A stretch of DNA of 64,000 nucleotides from an uncultured Acidobacteriota bacterium (GTDB taxonomy: Bacteria > Acidobacteriota > Blastocatellia > Pyrinomonadales > Pyrinomonadaceae): positions 51,260 through 115,259 of the forward strand of contig CAWATU010000004.1 in NCBI GenBank assembly GCA_963785125.1, read 5' to 3'. A program made the position numbers and the translations under genes. The notes beneath the pieces were generated by a model. That model made no database searches. It had not been told where the DNA came from and worked only from the letters and a program-made list of their open reading frames with translations. Below, one piece after another: positions 59,394 to 64,000 of this stretch. The first letter of the stretch is position 1. Each line of letters opens with the position of its first letter.

Positions 59394-60169
59394 GCGTGTT
59401 CTGACTCAATCCCCCCTGTAGATTCTTTCGGCGCGAACTCACCTTCGACCCAGACTTCGCCGTCCTCGAAGAACTCTTTCTTCCAGATGGGGACGGTGCG
59501 TTTGAGTTCGCGGATGGCCCACTCGCAGGCTTCGAAGGCGGCGCGGCGGTGCGGGGCGCTGACAGAGATGACGACGGAGGTCTCGCCGATCTCGGTGCGG
59601 CCGGTGCGGTGGACGATGCCGATGTGCGCGATGTCGAAACGACGGTGCGCTTCTTCACCGAGGCGTTGCATCTCGGCGAGCGCCATCGGGGCATAGGCTT
59701 CATAGACGAGGTGGAGCGTGCGGCGCCCGCGCGTCCACTCGCGCGCGTAGCCGTCGAGCGTGACGGTCGCGCCGCAGCGGGAGGGTACGACGCGGCGCGC
59801 AACGGCGCCCACATCAATCGGCTCGGTCGTCAGCTCGAAGAAGTCTTCGGCGTCGTCCGCCTTTGGGGGCTCGCCGTCGCCGCCGCTCACTGGCGGGAAG
59901 AGCGCGAGTTCGTCGCCGTCCTCCAACTCCACGTCGAGGTCGCGCGCGTACCCCTGGTTGACGGCGACGAGGAGCGAAGAGCCAAAGCGGACGAGGTCTG
60001 GATACTCTTCGAGTACGCGCGCAAAGGCAGAGCGCGCCGTCGCGCCCGGGGCGAGCGTCAAAAGGGCCTCGTCGGCCGCGGCCTCGCGCGCCGCGCCGAA
60101 GAAGAGAACGCGCACGCGCACCTCGCGCGACTCCGCGGCCTCGCTCAGCCTGTCCGTTTCCTGCGTCAT
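59390..60169 (-). CDS. MoaD-MoaE fusion (molybdopterin synthase sulfur-carrier plus catalytic subunit)
   Basis: N-terminal ThiS/MoaD-like module ending ...LALFPPVSGG, then MoaE (HRTGRTEIGETSVVISVSAPHRRAAFEACEWAIRELKRTVPIWKKE). Confidence 0.85.
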   Translation of the reverse strand: MTQETDRLSEAAESREVRVRVLFFGAAREAAADEALLTLAPGATARSAFARVLEEYPDLVRFGSSLLVAVNQGYARDLDVELEDGDELALFPPVSGGDGEPPKADDAEDFFELTTEPIDVGAVARRVVPSRCGATVTLDGYAREWTRGRRTLHLVYEAYAPMALAEMQRLGEEAHRRFDIAHIGIVHRTGRTEIGETSVVISVSAPHRRAAFEACEWAIRELKRTVPIWKKEFFEDGEVWVEGEFAPKESTGGIESEHA

Positions 60170-60870
60170 TCTTCGAGGTCGATCTTCTTGCCGGCGTGGC
60201 CGTTGCCACGCGCCAGCTCGTGCGTGCGCGCGCGCTCCTCGTAGGCGGTGACGGCCTGCGCGAGCATCGTGTGGAGGCGGCGCAGACGCTCGGAGGTCGA
60301 GCGCGTCTCAAGCAGGCGCTGCTTCGTCTCGGCGTCCATCTCGACGACGGCCGCGACGAGGAAGGAGAGGCGCTCGGGGTCGTCCTGCGGGAGTTCGGGG
60401 AGCGCGCCGCGCTCCTCGTTGGCGGTGCGCATCGCGCGCGCGATGCGCATGAACAGCTCGGCCACCTCTTCGGCCCGGCGCGCGACGACGCTCGCGTCCT
60501 CCTCCTCGTCCTCGAAGAACTCGACGCGCGCGACGAGGTACGGGTCGCCGCGCTCGACGTACTCCTCGACGCGGTAGCGCGCCGCCCCGACCGTCAGGAT
60601 GTTCGAGCGGCCGTCGGGCAGCGGCTGCACCTCGACGACCTCGGTCGCGCAGCCGACGTGCCCCACGGGCGGGCGGTCTTCTGAGACTGCGTCGGAGACG
60701 AAGTAAGAGAGGCCGAAGAGGTTGTTCGCGGCGCGCACGTCGGCCAACATGCGGCGGTAGCGCTCCTCGAAGATGTGGAGCGGCAGCGGCACGCCGGGAA
60801 AGAGCACGAGCGGCAGCGGGAAGATCGGCAACTCCCGCACGCCGCGCACCTTGTCGAGGGCTTCAGACAT
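60166..60870 (-). CDS. LON N-terminal (substrate-binding) domain protein
   Basis: LPIFPLPLVLFPGVPLPLHIFEERYRRM. No AAA+ or protease part. Confidence 0.8.
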   Translation of the reverse strand: MSEALDKVRGVRELPIFPLPLVLFPGVPLPLHIFEERYRRMLADVRAANNLFGLSYFVSDAVSEDRPPVGHVGCATEVVEVQPLPDGRSNILTVGAARYRVEEYVERGDPYLVARVEFFEDEEEDASVVARRAEEVAELFMRIARAMRTANEERGALPELPQDDPERLSFLVAAVVEMDAETKQRLLETRSTSERLRRLHTMLAQAVTAYEERARTHELARGNGHAGKKIDLEE

Positions 60871-60876
60871 AAAAGT

Positions 60877-60971
60877 CGTGAACCGTGAACCGTAAACCGT
60901 GACAAGTAAGAACAGGCTTTAATCCTGTCACGGTTTACGGTTCACGGTTCACGCTCCTTTCACGGTTTACG
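60877..60971. repeat. long perfect hairpin, CGTGAAC-heptamer family (copy 2), plus an extra half-arm
   Basis: 28-bp arms at 60877-60904 and 60926-60953 (CGTGAAC CGTGAAC CGTAAAC CGTGACA) with a 21-nt loop. An extra CACGGTTTACG lies at 60961-60971. Confidence 0.9.
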
Positions 60972-60977
60972 CGCCCG

Positions 60978-62348
60978 TCACTTGTCACTCGTCACTGCGG
61001 TCGTGGCGCTCCGCTCCAGCGCGCCGAGGGCCGCGGGGGAGGGGGCCGGCTCCCTCTCGTCGGGCCGCGCGCGCGGCTCGACCTTCTGTTCGATGAGTTC
61101 GAGTATCTGCTCGGGCGGCTCGTCGCCGAGGGCGCGGCGCTTGGCTTCGAGCACCAGCTCGGCCATCTCTCGCGCGCGGTCGCGGTAGCGGTTGTCGCGC
61201 GCGATGAGGTCTTCGACGATGCGGCGCTCGCGGTGCGCACGCGAGGTGTCGGCGTCGAGCCCCGCGGCGACGGCGTACTCGACGGGCACGCTCTGATTCT
61301 TGAGCATGACGTGGAGCGCGCCCGTCGCGGCCGACGCCTCGTCGCGCATCTTGCGCATGTCGAGGAGCGAGTTCTTGAAGCCGAGATGTCCGCGCAGGTT
61401 GATCTCGACGATGGGCGCGGGGGCGCCCGACTCGGGGTCGTGCGGGCGCGCCTCGCGCTTGACCGTGTCCGCGACGCGCTCGTGCACGGCGTCGGGGTCT
61501 TCGGCGCCGGAGACATCGACGGTCAGACGTTGGAAGGGTCGCTGGACGTAGTCGTCGATGAAGGTCGCTTTGACCGCGCGGTCGTCGTCCACTTCGACGA
61601 GATAGAGGCCGCGCTCCTCGCGGTACTCGTCGATGGAGCAGGCTTCGAGCGAGCCGGGGTTGAAGGCCCAGTTGTCAATCTCAAACTTCTTGTGCGTGTG
61701 GCCGAGCGCAACGTAATCGACGAGCGTGCGCAGTTCCTTCAACTTCTCGACCGAGAGCGCGGGGATGGGGCGGTTGAGCTGCCCCTCAACGTCTGTGTGC
61801 AGCAGAAGGATGTGGAAGAGCCCTTCGCCGCGCGCGGCGCGCAGAGACTCGGCGAGCATCGGCATCGCGGCGTTGGCCGAGGTGCCGTACCAGTGCGTGC
61901 CGTAGATGCGCGCGCCCTTGATGTCTATGTAAGAGCCCGTGTGCGACTCCTCGTCCCACGGCACCATCTGCCAGGGCAGAGCGTTCTCCTCAGTCTCCTC
62001 GCGGCGCGCGGGCTCAAGGAGGATGAAGAAGCCCGCCTGCGAGAAGGAGCGCATCCAACTGTAGTCGGAGACGGCGTCGCGTCGGTCGTGGTTGCCCTCG
62101 ATGGCGACGACGGGGATGCGGTGGTCTCTGAGTATCTGGAGGCCCGCGAGCGCGTGGTTCATCGTCTGCGGGTCGATGTTGCGGCGGTCGAAGAAGTCGC
62201 CCGCGATGAGGACGAAGTCCACTTCGTTAGGTATCGCGTGATGCTCAATCACGTCGTACCAGCTCCGAAAGAAGTCCTTCGTCCGCTCTTCGAGGTTGTA
62301 CCGCCGGCACCCGAGGTGCACGTCCGACATGTGTAAAAACTTAATCAT
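60978..62348 (-). CDS. SbcD/Mre11-like metallophosphoesterase nuclease
   Basis: Motifs SDVHLG, AGDFFD and EGNHD, and later GHTH. Long charged C-terminal region. No sbcC/rad50-like gene adjacent. Confidence 0.8.
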   Translation of the reverse strand: MIKFLHMSDVHLGCRRYNLEERTKDFFRSWYDVIEHHAIPNEVDFVLIAGDFFDRRNIDPQTMNHALAGLQILRDHRIPVVAIEGNHDRRDAVSDYSWMRSFSQAGFFILLEPARREETEENALPWQMVPWDEESHTGSYIDIKGARIYGTHWYGTSANAAMPMLAESLRAARGEGLFHILLLHTDVEGQLNRPIPALSVEKLKELRTLVDYVALGHTHKKFEIDNWAFNPGSLEACSIDEYREERGLYLVEVDDDRAVKATFIDDYVQRPFQRLTVDVSGAEDPDAVHERVADTVKREARPHDPESGAPAPIVEINLRGHLGFKNSLLDMRKMRDEASAATGALHVMLKNQSVPVEYAVAAGLDADTSRAHRERRIVEDLIARDNRYRDRAREMAELVLEAKRRALGDEPPEQILELIEQKVEPRARPDEREPAPSPAALGALERSATTAVTSDK

Positions 62349-62465
62349 CCTATACGACTCTGGCCTGACTGTTTACCGATAAGGGCAGCTCTTAAACGTC
62401 ACTGTTGTAGGGCACATTATACAGTAGGCGGTAAGCAGATGGCAGCGGGCAGTTCGAGGCCGAAA

Positions 62466-62864
62466 GTTGAGACTCTGAGACGAAAATTTGGCTCTCCGTG
62501 ACGGAACTTTTCGTCTCGGAGACGGAACGTCGGGTCTCTCAGACGGAATCTTCACTCTCCGAGAAGGAAAGTCGGGTCTCCGAGAGTCAACTTTGGGTTT
62601 CGGAGACGGAAATTTTCGTCTCAGAGAGTGAACGTTGACTCTCCGAGAAGGAAAATTGGGCCTCCGAGACGCAACGTTGACTCTCCGAGATGGAAAGTCG
62701 GGTCTCCGGGAGTGGAAATTCAGTCTCGGAGAGTCAAAATTGACTCTCCGAGACTGAATTTTGACTCTCGGAGAGTCAACGTTCACTCTCTGAGACGAAA
62801 ATTTGGGGCTCGGAGGCGGAACGACGGGCCTTCAAGGCGGAAAGTCGGGTCTCCGGGCTCAAAC
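62466..62864. repeat. tandem array of 19 units of a 21-bp palindromic repeat (consensus GAGAGTCAA-NN-TTGACTCTC-N)
   Basis: TCTC-N-GAGA dyad centres fall at 62476 + 21n (n = 0..18), with no indels. The array is flanked by a GGCAGTA-type arm at 62422-62454 and a partial complement at 62868-62878. Confidence 0.9.
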
Positions 62865-63028
62865 CCCCTACTGCCCGCTCCCCGGCGCGGGCTCTTTGAA
62901 CAGCTTCTCGACCATGTCGCCGAGGCGGGAGAGTGCGGCCGGGCTGACGCCGATGCTGATGAAGCGGACGGCGCCCCGACTCTCATATTCTTCACCTCCG
63001 TCGTCAAGACTAAGTGGCGGATAGGGCG

Positions 63029-64000
63029 TCAGGTCAGAACCACCCGCGGTAGCGGGTGGTTCTGACCAACTTCCGCGGCCCCGGCAGCGGCCTCTGAGAC
63101 GAGGATGGCGGGGCGCTTGCCCGTCTCGCGCTCGTAGCCTTCGGAGAGGGCGCGCTCGAAATCTTCCAGCGCCGCGCGGCGGACGAGGCTGACGGTCGAG
63201 CCGCCGAAGCCGCCGCCGGTCATGCGCGCGCCGAGGACGCCGTCGAGGCCACGCGCCAACTCGACCAGCACGTCCAGCTCCGGGCTGCTCACCTCGTAGT
63301 CGTCGCGCAGGGAGTAGTGTGACTCGTACATGAGCCGCCCCATCTCTGCGAGGTCGTCGGCACGCAGTGCGCGCGCGGCCGAGAGCGTGCGCTCGTTCTC
63401 GGTGACGATGTGGCGGCAGCGGCGGCGGATGGGGTCGGGAAGGACGTGGGAGTATTGTTGAAAGTCGGCGACACTCACGTCGCGCAGTTGTGTGATGCCG
63501 GGCAGATGCTCTTGCAGCAACTCGACGCCGCGGGCGCACTCGGCGCGACGGACGTTGTACTCCGAGGACGAAAGCTCGTGCTTGACGCGCGTGTCGGCGA
63601 CGACGAAGGCGGCCGAGCGAGTGTCGAGCGGGACGGGCTCGGCCTCAAGACTGCGACAGTCGATGAGGAGCGCGTGCCGCTCGCGTGCGAGCGCGGCGAC
63701 GAACTGATCCATGATGCCGCAGAGCGTGCCGACGTACGTGTGCTCGGCCTGCTGCCCCGCGAGCGCGAGCGTCACGCCGTCAATCTCCTGCCCCGAAACG
63801 CGCACGAGCGCGAGCCCGACGGAGATTTCGAGAGCCGCCGAAGAGGATAAGCCCGCACCGGCCGGCACGTCCGAGTCGATGAGCAGGTCTGCGCCCGAGA
63901 GCTTTATGCCGCGCGACTCAAGCGCCTGCGCGACGCCTTCGACGTAGTCGAGCCAGACGCCGCGGCGCGGTGGGTTGGGGTGGTCGAGGTCGAAGCTCAA
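63029..64000 (-). CDS. galK: galactokinase, 5' end outside window
   Basis: GHMP kinase motifs PAGAGLSSSAALE and MTGGGFGGSTV; typical GalK segments HTYVGTLCGIMDQF. Confidence 0.9.
   Translation of the reverse strand: MSFDLDHPNPPRRGVWLDYVEGVAQALESRGIKLSGADLLIDSDVPAGAGLSSSAALEISVGLALVRVSGQEIDGVTLALAGQQAEHTYVGTLCGIMDQFVAALARERHALLIDCRSLEAEPVPLDTRSAAFVVADTRVKHELSSSEYNVRRAECARGVELLQEHLPGITQLRDVSVADFQQYSHVLPDPIRRRCRHIVTENERTLSAARALRADDLAEMGRLMYESHYSLRDDYEVSSPELDVLVELARGLDGVLGARMTGGGFGGSTVSLVRRAALEDFERALSEGYERETGKRPAILVSEAAAGAAEVGQNHPLPRVVLT
63032..63067. terminator. hairpin overlapping the end of galK
   Basis: GGTCAGAACCACCCGC / GCGGGTGGTTCTGACC 16-bp stem with loop GGTA. The last ~12 galK codons are encoded by it. 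Confidence 0.5.

Noticed and set aside
59104-59817. Upstream 238 codons of ORF 58672..59817
   Set aside because: This part overlaps the small membrane protein and moaD-moaE genes in another frame and has S/R/A/P-rich shadow composition. dUTPase homology starts at ATG 59103.
62886-63028. Protein-like tail ...VRFISIGVSPAALSRLGDMVEKLFKEPAPGSGQ at the end of minus ORF 62868..63539
   Set aside because: The rest of that ORF overlaps galK out of frame. There is no start codon giving a stand-alone gene. It may be a gene fragment, but it is too short to support.
62373-63065. ORFs 62373..62786 (-) and 62628..63065 (+) encoding P/S/R-rich heptad repeats
   Set aside because: Both strands give similar peptides because the DNA unit is palindromic. 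Neither ORF spans the array. Both start at GTG inside a repeat unit without an RBS. Extreme Arg/Ser/Pro composition. Kept only as an alternative hypothesis under the array finding.

Overview
GC-rich bacterial chromosomal segment (by eye about two-thirds G+C, third codon positions mostly G/C). Gene content includes TPR+TonB-C paralogues, a protein over 1000 aa with BNR/sortilin-like repeats, an NHL-M23 lipoprotein and zinc-ribbon membrane proteins, which fits an Acidobacteriota-like organism (inference, low confidence). The coding content is mostly housekeeping: secA, gyrA, serS, mnmA, ispH, fabG, dut, sppA, partial galK, a MoaD-MoaE fusion, an S41 protease, an L,D-transpeptidase, LpxL- and PlsC-type acyltransferases, a Ski2-like helicase and a Ser/Thr kinase. 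Accessory items are: (a) one apparently intact IS1-family insertion sequence with a target-site duplication; (b) a low-GC two-gene nucleotidyltransferase module; (c) an orphan XRE regulator; (d) an orphan CbbQ/NorQ-type AAA+ plus NorD/CbbO-type VWA pair. I recognised no rRNA, tRNA or CRISPR array. The most unusual content is non-coding. First, a strictly phased array of 19 copies of a 21-bp palindromic unit lies directly upstream of an sbcD/mre11-like gene. Second, a looser array with a period of about 21 bp lies next to the XRE gene. Third, at least ten very long near-perfect intergenic hairpins have arms built from tandem degenerate heptamers, and several belong to dispersed multi-copy families. 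Fourth, a low-GC spacer carries a consensus sigma70-type promoter and a strong terminator but has no annotated gene (candidate sRNA or sORF). Coordinates of non-coding features were anchored on ORF-track start and stop positions and may be off by 1-2 nt. Many long ORFs in the track are antisense shadows typical of high-GC DNA and were rejected.
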